Shown: piece by piece, positions 38,027 to 50,379 of the stretch
Layout: each line of letters opens with the position of its first letter
How positions within the stretch are numbered: position 1 is the stretch's first letter
Made by a program: the position numbers and the translations under genes
Notes under the pieces: generated by a model
Told to the model about the DNA's origin: nothing
The model's database searches: none
The model's input: the letters and a program-made list of their open reading frames with translations, nothing else
Source: Nymphaea colorata
Lineage: Eukaryota
Length of the DNA: 64,000 bases
Assembly: GCF_008831285.2 (NCBI RefSeq)
Contig: NC_045138.2
Location: forward strand, 32,922,001-32,986,000
Direction of reading: 5' to 3'

Positions 38027-38475
38027 TCATGATTGCACTTTATCAATGGAGACTAATTGGCTGCCGCTTGTCTCAGGCCCAGCTGTTCCTTTAAAGAGGA
38101 GGATGGCAAGGCTACCGATGCAGAAGTAGATGAAGCAGCCATAGCAGTGGGTGACAAAAGATCCGAAGTCTGTTCCAACCACGCATTGCCATCCTGTGCC
38201 ATACTTCCCGTCAAACTCCTGCAGCATATGCTCACCTTTTAGTATTTTTTTCACTTCATAGGATTTCAAGGTCTCTGGTATCAGCAAGGAAATCACTAGT
38301 AGGGTGGTAGTAGCAGTAGCAGACTAGTAAGTTTTACCATTTTGATGTAGCGAGCTATCTCTGTGGAGTCAGTGACGTCGAAGAAATCTAGCGCTTTCGC
38401 CGCAAGGCTGACTGCATGCTGCTGCATGGGCCTGAGCATATCTGTCTCTGCTATCACAGCCTTGCTTTCTAACAT
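38027..38475 (-). CDS. Dynein light chain type 1 (LC8-like) family protein
   Basis: Exon 1 38475-38338 (MLESKAVIAETDMLRPMQQHAVSLAAKALDFFDVTDSTEIARYIKM), GT-AG intron, exon 2 38218-38027 (EFDGKYGTGWQCVVGTDFGSFVTH...). EFD..YG..WQC.VG..FGS.VTH is the DLC1 signature. Confidence 0.92.
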
Positions 38476-39300
38476 CGTTTCGCCCTTTGCGTACTCTCTC
38501 TTTTTGAGTCTTCAAGTCCCTCCTTCCTCTGGGTCTTTCACAACTGCTCTTGTTGCTATATTTTCCAGAACGCGAGAGTGGTGGGGAGGAATTTATGGTG
38601 AGGGGCAATTGCCATGTCACATGGATCTGAGATGGGTGGTAAGCTTCATGAATGACACGCTAAGCGGGACCCAGATGACATGGCAGGCAACTGGCATTGC
38701 TCTCGTGTCTCTGATAAGAAAGGCGGTGAGGGTGAGGAGGTGGTGGTGGATGGGTGTGGGTGGGTCGAGCTTGGAGCAACGTGTTGAATCTTACGTCCCA
38801 GGCTGCTGTGGGTGGTGGTACGCGTTTTGGTATGGTAGCTTCTCGCGTTTGTGTAGCATTGCTTTACATTTTTCTGTTTTGTTTGTTTTGTAAGAGATTA
38901 GAAAGGGGAGCAGATGACCACGTTTGTGGGGGCATGGGCCTCTGTTTGTTGTTTCATCTAGGGGCGATCATTGGAACTTTGGAACAGTTATTGTTTAATT
39001 TAAATTTATTTAATCCCTTGAACTTCGTATCAAGTTCTATGTGGTTTTCTATCATAATTAAGTTCTTAGTTCCAGTTGTCCTTTTTAATTTTCCTGGTTT
39101 CCCTTGGAGTGGAGAGGGGGAGTGTCTGTGATGCGGTTTGGTGCTCCTGATACATTGCGTGGGAGAATTGTGGTCATGGCAGTATGTCAGTGGTACATGA
39201 TTCAATACTGCAATGGTATTGATTGGTATTCATCGTGGAGATGATTTGGATAATGATTCAATAGTTGTTGCTGGTGGCTGCCGATGAGGACACGAGAAAG

Positions 39301-39345
<45 letters not shown>

Positions 39346-40897
39346 GCTGATTATTTGGTTTTTTCTGCCAATGGTTTGGGCTGACGCTGATGGTTGATGA
39401 CGGTGATGATCATGTTGGGAAATTATTTTAAATGTCTGTCGGCAGGGATGGTCGTGTCCACGTGCTTTGCAGCCAAAACACCACTTGGTTTTATATTTGT
39501 CGGTTTTACAGCATGGTTTTTTGTGGTTAAAATGTTCAGTCTTTGTTTGGCGAATTTGGCACTTATTTCTGGTCGACAGGGCACCTTTGGTCCGTTCAAA
39601 CGGAAAGGAAGTCCCCTTCGTGATGTCTGAATATCATCAGCTTCTTTGCCTTTATTTCAGTATATACAAGTTATGTTAGACGAACGGGGGCACAGTAAGT
39701 GCTTTGCATTTCTGTGCGCAGTTTTTGAGCCTTGAATTTGGGAGTGAATTTTTCCACTCTAGACCGATCACGTTAGGATATTTTTTTGTTGAATGATCAA
39801 GTAGTTAGATATCTCGGACATTGTTTCTGAAGGTGCATGTTTACCATGCTTCATTGCAATTGTTCCTTGTGTAAAACTCGCAATGCTAGAATTGACCTTA
39901 GGATAAAACTGGAGTGATTCGGTGAGTCGGTCGTCGAATCGATCAGAATCAGAATTGCAACAGTCTTCAAAAAGAACAAAGACACGAACTAGTGTAATGA
40001 CATGATCTTCCATGTCTTTTTAACAAGTCAGACATAGCAAATACGATCCTTTCGATTTCTTCACCCGGAAGTAGAGAAAAGAGCTTTCGAAGGCTATCTC
40101 AACTGCTCATCATATCCCAGAATTTGATGGATGTCTCAAATTGGAAGATCGCCCAAAATCTCATCCTTCGCAAATAATACTCAAAACATCCACCGTAAAC
40201 AAATTAAGTCTCCTTTTTATACATGCTGGGTTTAGGCAATGTTTAACGGGGCATGATAAGAGACGCAGCTTCATTATCGAAGCGCAAGCACACATTTTTG
40301 TTATATGTCCATATGCTGTGCATATATGCACATGTATATGTCTGTTGACCTATATGGCTTCATATAAATTGATCAACAACGAACATCACAAAAGTTAACG
40401 CCAAAGATTTATCTATGTCTATCTTGTCATCATATAGAAAGCGTTCATAACATAACGATCAAGTCCAAGGAACACGTAGCATTATTCGTCCAAACAAATA
40501 AGAAATAGTTTCCACGCTTGGACCGACTAGTGACTCAGACAAATTCATGACATGTGAGCATCTGATTAGTACAAATACACAATCTATTGATACTAGTTTA
40601 TTTCCTTCTGATAAAAAATATCAATTTGGTCCTTTGAGCACAAAGCAAGTTTTCCAGCGAAGATACACACTGCTCACAAGGCTAGTTTTTCTTTGCGAAG
40701 AGGTTTTATAAATGTTCAAACACTGGAAATGACTCAAGTAGAACATTAACATTAAATGATTATAACAATGATGATTGGGGTGATGGCGGTTGTGATGATC
40801 ATTAGCGACTGCTAAACTGTAAGTAGGATTAGTTTAATGAAACCACAGCTTCATTTACAGATAAAACACTGATAGACAACTAGTTTATAGAGTAGTA

Positions 40898-42517
40898 TTA
40901 CAAAGTGGTACCACTCCCATTTGACATGAGTGATGCAGCGGCGGCGGCAGCAGTAGCAACCACTCCTGTTGGAACACCAGGTTTTGAGAGATGTAGGAGC
41001 CTGAAAAGAAAAGCAAAGTTCCATGAGGGCAAAAATTTTGGTACGTCAGTCTGTCTAGTATTATAAATAAACAGTTAGGCAACATACGGTGCAAGATGTT
41101 CACAAAAGGATGAAATGGCTGCCACTACATCAGTGTAATTATCAGCGGCAGCAGGGGATGTTACTTCAACTAATTGAATGCCCGGTGTGACAGGCACTGC
41201 CTCATCAGTCGCATGCAGCTTTGGCATCTTATTCACAGAAGTCACAGCAACAGTGATCCGAGCACCTCTTTCAAAGGTGAATGCAAAGCCTACTCTCAGA
41301 AGTTCATAATCTAATTTGTAGCCAAGCCCATAGAAAAAGCGCAACGCGTTCCTGCTTACTTTGCTTTCAACTGTTGTGCGGACTAGAACTGAAAGTTGCT
41401 CTGCACCAGCACCTCTCATTGCGCCACCTATATGCTTCACAGTCCTACATAACGTAAGAGGTAAGGAAGCATCTCATCCAAACAGATTTAAATATATTGC
41501 TTCCAAAGCAGATCACACATTCATTCCCATCTTAAGGGGTTAAAATGAAAAATGATTAATAAAATAATGATAAGAGAAACAAAAGGACGTAAAGGTATGT
41601 TCTCAACTACTTAGGAGTGCAGGCTCTTATCCACCAAGCGAGACAAGAGGCTCCCCCCTCCTCAGGTTACTGTGACTGGTAATGGCATACAACCAGAAGA
41701 GTGGTGGGAGAGACAAGGTTATGCGCTGGGTAGCGCAGCATACCAGTTTCAGGTATGGAGGCAACCAGGCTTACTAACCCGACCAGTCCACCCAGCAGGG
41801 TAGGGACATAAGGATATACCAGAAAAAGCTTTATAGAAAACAAAACACTTGTACACAGAATAAATGAAGCAAACTCAAGGTAACTGTATTCAGAACTACT
41901 TTTTTCAATGAAGTAAAGCAAAACATTTTGACGAATTAATTAAAGCCCGCAAACATTTACTTTGAATCAAAGATAGGTCAGTAAAAAACTCGCAACGAAA
42001 AACCTATTATCATATGCTTAAACTTTCAGCTGAAATAGAAATGCAAACTTATATTAAAGGCAAGAAACTATACATTACCAAGATGGTTCAGCCTGCTCCA
42101 GATCACAGAGGAGACGCACCTCTGACGCTACCATTCCTGGAAATAAGAGGAATATACAAGTATGATCATCAGATTACCAAAAGGAAATGGCAGCATCTCG
42201 TGAAACCAACTTGGCTCACCAAGATTCGGTCCACTTTTCAGGCAGAGCTCATGGATCCTGAGGCGTTGCTTTGGAACACCACAAAGGCCTTGTAAGAGGA
42301 TCTCCAGGGCCTCCACATGCTGCGAGAGAATGAGAGAGGCATCGGTCCCCAAAATGCATGAAAGCATATCAAGAAATCATATAAAAACATTTCACATAAA
42401 AAAAAAAAACCTTCTCAAGTTCCAGGATGACACAGAAATGCAGGATACAACCACTGGAAGAAAACAATTATTATAACTTACTTGAGTCTCTATAATCCCT
42501 TGCACCACGCACTCCAT
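40898..42517 (-). CDS. MED18: Mediator of RNA polymerase II transcription subunit 18
   Basis: Exons 42517-42482 (MECVVQGIIETQ), 42319-42220, 42136-42079, 41444-41088, 41000-40898, all GT-AG and in frame. Contains HVEALEILLQGLCGV, VKHIGGAMRGAGAEQ, FFYGLGYKLDYELLRVG and LHLSKPGVPTGVVATAAAAAASLMS. A probable 5' UTR exon lies near 43580-43800. Confidence 0.93.
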
Positions 42518-43878
42518 TGTGTGTCAATCTACAATTGATTCCGAATATCAACAAAGAGAAAACATGGACATAACTTGACTAAGGCACACAATGATCCCAA
42601 TGAACTTAGTTTCTTAAGAGTAAGCATATCTCTGAAAGCTGTCAGAAACCAAACTCCCATTGACCAAACAAAGTCATAGCAAGAGTTCGCAAAACTTTTA
42701 TTTGTCAAGAGGGATCCATCCAGGCATTATAGTCTTAAGTTTTGGATCTCACAAAAACGGAAGACATGGCCATAACCTAAAACTTTTTCAAACTTATTCC
42801 TAAACTTTTAATGCGGGTGTTCTACAACTCTTATAGAAATTCGCAACTCCAAAATCCAGTCGGTCAAAAAATAAAATATTACATATAAGTTACATTAGAT
42901 ATCCGCTTCATATGCATGAAGCAAAAAACATAACATGACTAAGGTCCTATGGTTGCATAAGGAGGAACGTTTTTATGTTCGAAAGAGTAAACAGGCTAGA
43001 CCCACAAGGGCTTGTTTAGCTAGAAAACAGTGTTAGCCAGCTCAAAGGATGAAAGGCTCAAACTTAAAACAAGAACAGGCTCGCACTAACGCCAGTCACG
43101 GGAGGCATGCTTTCACATTTCTTTCAGGTGTTTCAGGCTTTCAGCAACTACTTGTCATGCACCATGCCAATCAATAGACGAACCGAAGAAATGTCTCCCC
43201 TACTCTCGACAAAATGCAGTATAACATGCACCTGGAATGAAACTATCCAGAGAAAACTATTCGGTGGCCGTAATTCATGCCCAAATGACAAACAACGACT
43301 TTAAATCATAGACTCGTAAAAATTTTGAATACCTACTTTGTTTTCTTTTATCGGATACCATTTCATCCTAAAACCATCTATGGGAAGCCCACCCCTCGAT
43401 GAATGGGAAATTGCACCACTAAGTCTTGAAAACAACAAAGCCACAATGCAGCAAAAACAAGAACTTCTGGTTAGCTGGTCAGAGAAACTCACTAGATTCC
43501 ATCGATGGAAGGGAAGACGGAATCAAACCTTTTACTCCGTAGGAGTAACTCCTTCAAATTCAGACCTGAGGATGAAAACCACCTAGTCAAGAATCTCCGT
43601 CGATCCAAGACAGAGAGTCGGGCAAATAATATAAAGCGGAAGGAGTCTCAGACGACAGAGAACGACCACAAAGGCAGGAAGACACCGGCAATCAAGCAAG
43701 TAGAACAACAGATAATCAGAGAACAAAGATTCCCGACGAGAGAGGGGGGAGGGGGGCAGAGAGAGATCTAGAAGACGATGCAGGAAAGGAATGACTGGAA
43801 TTTGGAAAAAATGGGGAATTGTAGGAGAGGATCTAAAGAGATCGGACATAACTGCTCTTTGGGACATTCATACATTTA

Positions 43879-46344
43879 GGCCCTGTTTGATGACAGGGAA
43901 GAATTTAACGTGGTAAATTTACCATGGAAAAGAATGCTGGAAAAAAATACAAGATGAAATTTTTCCCTCTTCCAATCTGAGGCCCTGTTTGATGATAGAG
44001 TAGTTTTTTGTAGGGTAAAATTAACTGTGTTTGGTGCACATGGTAAAATATATGAGAGACTTTTGTCGTTTTTTTTGTTCTCCTCCAATTTCACGTGGGT
44101 ACAAATTGGAAGATGATCTTTAAAAACAACAATCCAATCCGGTTAAAACATGAAAAATCTTGCATAAAGAAATATAACAATTAACTTACTTTGACACATT
44201 GCCAAAGAAGGAATAGTAAGTAATACTTTTACAAGGTAAAAGATTTTATTACAAGAGAAGAGGAAGCACTAGCAACTACATTCTTCAGAGAAGATACTTA
44301 AGCCTCCACATATAAATCTGAAAAACGTTTTATGTAGCAGAGACAAATGAAAAACATCTAGTGCAACTTAAATGAAGTAAAGGAATCAAAACGTACAGGA
44401 TATGAAATTGAATAAAGAAACAACTAGAAGTGAAGCCTCAGGATATATAGCCAAATATTGAAAATGGATAAAGAAAAACTTGAATAAATGGAAATAAAGA
44501 CTCTACAGAACATGTAAATCATGAGTCTCAATAAAAACATGCAAAAAAAGTATGACTAGTTCACAGACTCTGTTCCTGTATCAAATAGTGGGGGTACAAC
44601 AGCGAAAAGGAAAGCAACAAGCATAAATTTGCATTGATGCCACCAAAATCAATGGACAGAAGCTAATTTTGAACAAACTGAAATGTTTATTTCAATTTAC
44701 AAGTGAAGAGTAAGCTTTAGGTTCTTCTGCAGGAAATATCTTAAACCCTGCCTCTATATACAAGTTCAGTAAACGTTTTACATTAGTACAGGCAAGGAAA
44801 GTCATCGGTGCAACCTAACGATATGAGTAAGGCCAAATGCAAAAGCATAAACTCACAGTAGCCATCCCAGCTCAAAAAGTGGCGATAAGAGAACGAAAAG
44901 GAAATGGCAAGCATGAACTTACGTTGATGCTTACCATGTCAATAAATGGTAGGTAATATTTGTTCAAGTTAAAACTTTTATTACAAGTGAACAGGATGCA
45001 CTAGTAGCTCCATTCTTCAGCAGGAAATATTTAAATCCTGCTTCTGTAGCGATCTCTAGCAGCCGTGTTAATGACTAGTGCATACTGCAAGTCTGTTTCA
45101 CATGGTCTTTTCTCCATAAACAGATGATCGGTTGGTAGGAGACAGATAATATAAACTTAGAGAATGGAATGGGATTTTAGGTAGTTGGCCTAAGAATCCA
45201 GAAAAGTTCTGGTTAATTGCACCAAACATGTGAAATTGGAAAAGGACAATCTGGGGTCAAATGTGAAAGAAATCCACTCATGTAACTGGCCTCCCAACAG
45301 AGATTCAAGTCATCAAGTGCAATGCTTCTTCATTCTTAACCAAACAAGAAACTATAACAAGGTTAGAACATTAGAATGGAATGAGTGAAGGACCTGAGAA
45401 CTTTCTGCTGATAGCTCACCGAATATACCCCATTCTTCGGATCACAACAAAATAAAAAGAAAAACGGCGCAACAACCCAACAATCGGTTACTTAACTAAA
45501 GGGATTTGCTTAGAAGATATAAAAGAAAAAACAGTATAAAAGAAAAAACAGAAGCGATGCAAGCTACTGACTCAGAGAATAGAACTCTCAGGAGAATACA
45601 TGCTTGAGTTGCAGAAAGCATTCAGCGAAAGGAATAAGAGAGAGAAAACAGAGGAGCATGAAGCCATGGTACCCACCAAACATAGCATGATAGAAGTGAA
45701 AAAAAAAAGGGGAATCGTGAGAGGCATACCTGAGTAAAGGAGCAGCCAAGAGGGATAAACCCAAATTTCCTGTTGAAGATGGTGCCTGAAGGCCTGCGTG
45801 TGAAGAGAGAGAGATGATTTATTGACAGAACGTGCGTGTGAGAGAGCGACAGAGAGACGCATAAGGCTCACCTGGGGCTGCAAGCGGGCGACGTTGGGGA
45901 AAGAGGAGAGGAAGGAGAGAGCGAGAGAGCAGCGAGAGAGGAGAGGAGCGAGAGAGCAGCAAGAGAGGAGAGGAGCGAAAGAGCAGCGAGAGAGGAGAGG
46001 AAGGAGAGAGCGAGCGAGCAGCGAGAGAGGAGAGGAACGAGAGAGCAGCGAGAGAGGAGAGGAACGAGAGAACCAGAGAGGAAAGGCAGCGAGAAAGAAG
46101 AGGAACGAGAGAGCGAAAGAGGAGAGGGGAATCGGCGCTTCGACGGAGGGGAAAGAGGAGAGAAAAAGGAGAGGAACGAGAGAGCTAACGGCTCTCAAAA
46201 AAAAATCTGCGCTAAAAAGTCCGACGAGGTCGGACTTTTGTGCGGGTTAATTTTTCCTTCGTCGTACCAATTTACCGGGGTGATGCACTCACCATAAACC
46301 GAGTGAAATTCGTATGCACAGGATTTTTTCTGTCAAACAGGGCC
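43879..46344. mobile_element. Non-autonomous PIF/Harbinger-superfamily DNA transposon (2466 bp)
   Basis: Perfect 12-bp TIRs GGCCCTGTTTGA (43879-43890) and TCAAACAGGGCC (46333-46344), flanked by TTA at 43876-43878 and 46345-46347. A second left-TIR copy lies at 43981. No transposase ORF. Confidence 0.85.
45895..46185. repeat. Purine-rich minisatellite (GAGAGCAGCGAGAGAGGAGAG-like units) inside the transposon
   Basis: Repeated 24-27 bp AG-rich units; they produce the low-complexity ORFs 45572-46198 and 45822-46250. Confidence 0.85.
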
Positions 46345-47448
46345 TTAATTACCTCGGATTTTAAAGGGTCTCATTTGCCAAAGGGATCACCTTAAATTTA
46401 TAATTTGAGTAAATTATGTGATTTTCAAAAAAAGGTAACATTACGGGAGTTAGCAGGTGTTTGATTAGCTTTAACCCAGTTTTATTTTAGATCTTCAGGG
46501 TCTAACTAAAGTTCATGAACTTAAAATCAGGCCTTGAAGTTTGACTCGAAATGTTTTAATTTGATGAATAATAAGTTTTAATCTTCCGTGACACAAGACA
46601 AAATAATGGTCTAATCTTCATAGAATACCAAAAAATAACACTTCTTCTGATCTCTCGCTCTTCTTCTTCTTCTTCGTCTAGCAATATTTAAAGTTTAGGC
46701 CACTCCATTGGCAGGAGTAGTCTGGGCCTGCTAAGTGCCTTCTTGGGCTGGCCATTTCCAAAATCAAACATTGCCGGCGGTAGTCTTCCTGTCCATGACA
46801 CACTTGATTGCTCAGACACTTCAATTTCTATAATGACGATCCACACAAGGTTTGAATTTAATAACCAACTGTAATTAAGGCAAACATGAGAAGATCTTGA
46901 TCCCACACAGACCTGACCAAGATGCATGACAGACCATATATATATGGAGTAGTGCATATTGTTCATACATACAAAAGGGACTGTTCCAATTAGGTGATCA
47001 GTGTCTCAGATTATGAAATGGCAGTGACGACAGTGTAGTCTCATGACAATTACAGGACTGCCAAAGGGTGTGGTCCTAGAACATTAGGACACTATCACAT
47101 GAAAGATGACCATGTACCAGAAGAGATCGTAAGGGTGGAGCTCTGGTCTACTTTGGCGCCTGCACAACCTGGTGTTTGTCTTCCTGCTGTGCTTTTGGAT
47201 CTTTCTCGTGAAATTATGGTTCATTTGAAGTAAAAGACATGGACCCAATAGAAGCTTATGGTGTAAACACAAGGTCCTTCTGTAGCCTCCTAAATAACTG
47301 ACAGGACTGGGAGATGATAGTGGAAGCGATAATCAAGGTGATGACATATGACTGGGACTACTCGTATGTTGCAAAGTCCAAGTAGAATGTATGTATTCAT
47401 TGGGTATCCCCTTCAGATTGCACAGACCTAAAGCTACCAAACTTTCAT

Positions 47449-47707
47449 GGATGACACCCTCATCTGAACCCAATTTTGTGAAAACTGGGTTTAATGAGTT
47501 TCAAAAACCTTGTTCTCTTTTTTTTTTGGGGTTTGGGTGATACACCCAAAACCTGGTTTTTTTACTCCTTTTTATAAAACCAGGTTTTGTCAAAATTGGG
47601 TTTTTCTTACACTCAGTTTTGACACCTAAACACTCCAAAAACCTGGTTTTGGACACAAAACCAGATTTTACCTCCAAAACCTGGCTTTGAGGTGTCATCC
47701 AAACACC
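47449..47707. mobile_element. Tourist-like MITE, about 260 bp, left end eroded
   Basis: Inverted GGATGACACC (47449-47458) / GGTGTCATCC (47691-47700) followed by AAACACC, with internal AAAACC(T/A)GGTTTT palindromic repeats. Confidence 0.6.
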
Positions 47708-50379
47708 AGGTCAGTAGTTGACATGGTTTTTCTTTGTTTTGTTGGACAATTGACAATGAGATGACTGGATTGGCGCCAATCTTAATCCACTTGCTCCAAT
47801 CAGGCAGATTTAGTAGTGATCTAAAACCAAATGGTTCATCATTCAGTTAGCCAATCTGGATTCAGCTAGTCACATGGGTGTTAAATCAAAACAAGATTAC
47901 ACAACAATGCTGGAATGTGTCTCTGTGGCTCTTTATAGATTTAAACTCAAACCCAACTTTGCATATGACTAATCAGAACTGACCTGTTGAATGTAATAAT
48001 GACTATACATCTTCCCTGAGTTCGGGCATTAGAAATTCCACTCGACAATAAGGAAAAGGCAGAGAACACCAAGAGAAATTGGCTACTCATATCTTCCTAG
48101 TACAGCAATCTTTGGTTTTACATGTCACAGGTTAGCACAGAGATGACAAAAGAGACTTCATGCTTGGAAATGATTCCTTCCCAAATTCAGAGATGCAAAG
48201 CAGTCGGGTTCGGGGCAGAAAATTACATTGGGCATTGCATGGGAATCGGATTCGGCGCAACAGAAAATGACAAAATTCTCCTAGCAGATCTGGCACATTT
48301 GCAGCCCTAACTCCAACAGTAGAAAGACTGCTAAAAAAATTCTTATATCTTTGAAGGGAATTTTTACCCTTGTAAGATGCTGCAGCTTTCATATGAGAGA
48401 GCATGATTAGTGGGTCATACTAAAAATCTGAAAAATGCGTGGTTGTTGAGCATACTAAAGCTAAAGATGCAAGGGCAGTAAGAACTTGCTGTTCCTTCAA
48501 TTGTCCAGGGAAAAACAAAGGAGATCATGAGTCATTATTTTTCCCTGCTTCTTAAGAGATTGTGGTGGTTGAAGGTCTTCATTTTCTTTTCCAAGATATG
48601 GACTTTAAGGGAAAGGAAACTCCAAAGTCTTGTCCACTTACCTATACATTGAGCCTCATTATCATCCAAGGCCATCTCCAAAATTGAGGAAAATTTCACA
48701 AAATGATGGGCTTTCAAAGTTTTTCTTTTTCCCCCGTTTTAGTAACAACCTGCATTGGAGCAGGCAGGCCATCTAATGAAGATGTTTGAAATCTGAGCAT
48801 GTTTCTTGTTATTTTTCCAGAAGTTTTAGCTTCTTTTTGTAATTATTTTAAAAACCAAACCCATGACTAATTATGTGTTCAAAGGATCTAGCTTTGGGGA
48901 GCCCTAGAAATGTGATTCTAGTTGAAGCATCCTTGTTGCAGGTATGTACTTACCATAACTAAAAGGTTGCCCTCTTCTCACAACATCTGATCTGAAGGAT
49001 AAAGTAACTAAACAAGATGTGATGTGAATTGCCCACAGTGTTCCCCAAAAGCTGAACTTTGAGTAGTTTGTACTAGACCTTGTTGCTAAATTGAAGAAGA
49101 AAAGAAAAAGAATTTTCACTTAGATGCCAACCTTGTGCTCTTATCCTCCAAAAAGGGCCTCAAGTTTATGGAGTTCTTGATGCAGACGGTTGGTTTTCTA
49201 GGAAAACTGTAAAATAGAAATCTGGTTTGAAACTTTTGCAGTTTCTCCATGGTGCCTTTCCAATTCGAAAAACACATTGTTTCGGGACTTTGGAAAGCAT
49301 CTGTTTCGTCGATTACAGAAAAATGGAGAACAAGAAAAATACATCAACCATAACTTGTCTGATGTTTCTGACTTGGAGTTTAGAAGGAGATCCTTGTTGA
49401 GCAGCAAGAAAACCTGTCGCTGATATATTAGCATAATTAGAAGCACGAGTGCCTGATGTTTTGAAATTAGGAGCAAGAGATTCACGCTCCCGAAAACAAA
49501 ATTTTTGAACAGGAAGACAACATAGTAATGTCCTTTTGCTCATAAAACCAGATTATCAAATTCAAAACGTTGCTTTATAAAAAAGTTGGTGCTGACACGA
49601 TACATTTTACCTTCCATGTTGGAGGTGTCTGATTTAAGATACAATCGTATTATAAAAAATGGGAAGTCTTGAGGCTGTGTTTGATTGCTTTGATATCACT
49701 AATGATATTAATAGATTGAATTTGGATCAGATATCTGTTTCAAGAAAGTCGGATACTAAAAAAAATTGAACATCCGATGAAGAAATCAGATTGGGTTCTC
49801 ATATTCAAATTCAGTTTAAAATAAAAAATATCTGCTCAGCGTAGGATTCAGATTCGGTTTTAAGCGCATATCTTATATCCAATATCCATGCATCATGGAA
49901 GTTTGTTTGTTATATTATTATTCAATGGCCATTTTCAAAATTAGGGTTAAAAAGTTGGAACACACGACCTCCATCACGGGGGGAGTGAGGAACACGACCA
50001 CGATGTCCTCCTGTATCCGAATTTTAGCCATTGCTAAGTTACCAAATTACCCTCCGCCGTCCCTTGCTTCTCTTCCACGATAAGCAAGAACAGACTGCCC
50101 ATCGACTGAGGACTCGCTCGTAATTATGGCCCGACAGACCCACACAACCGTCACCCCTCTTCCTCTGCCCGTCACTCTCCTGCATTTATCCTCCAGCCAC
50201 ACGACCATCCCGTTAGCAGACAGATCGGGTGCCATCTTTCTCTCCGCTCGCTCACTAGCTCTCCTTCTCTATATGGTTCCGGCGATGATGGAGGACGAAT
50301 TCCGGTATCCATGGCCGCTGTACAGCCGTAAATGAAGCCATCTCGTTACTTTCTTTCTTGTAGCGTCGTGAAAGTGGAA

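Noticed and set aside
38363..38893. 176-aa plus-strand ORF
   Set aside because: Antisense to dynein light chain exon 1 and its promoter, with a GTG start and no recognisable domain.
45572..46250. 208-aa and 142-aa ORFs inside the transposon
   Set aside because: Low-complexity translations of the AG-rich minisatellite; no transposase DDE or Myb/SANT motifs.
46377..46395. GCCAAAGGGATCACC resembles the miR393 5' end
   Set aside because: Only a partial match and no hairpin.
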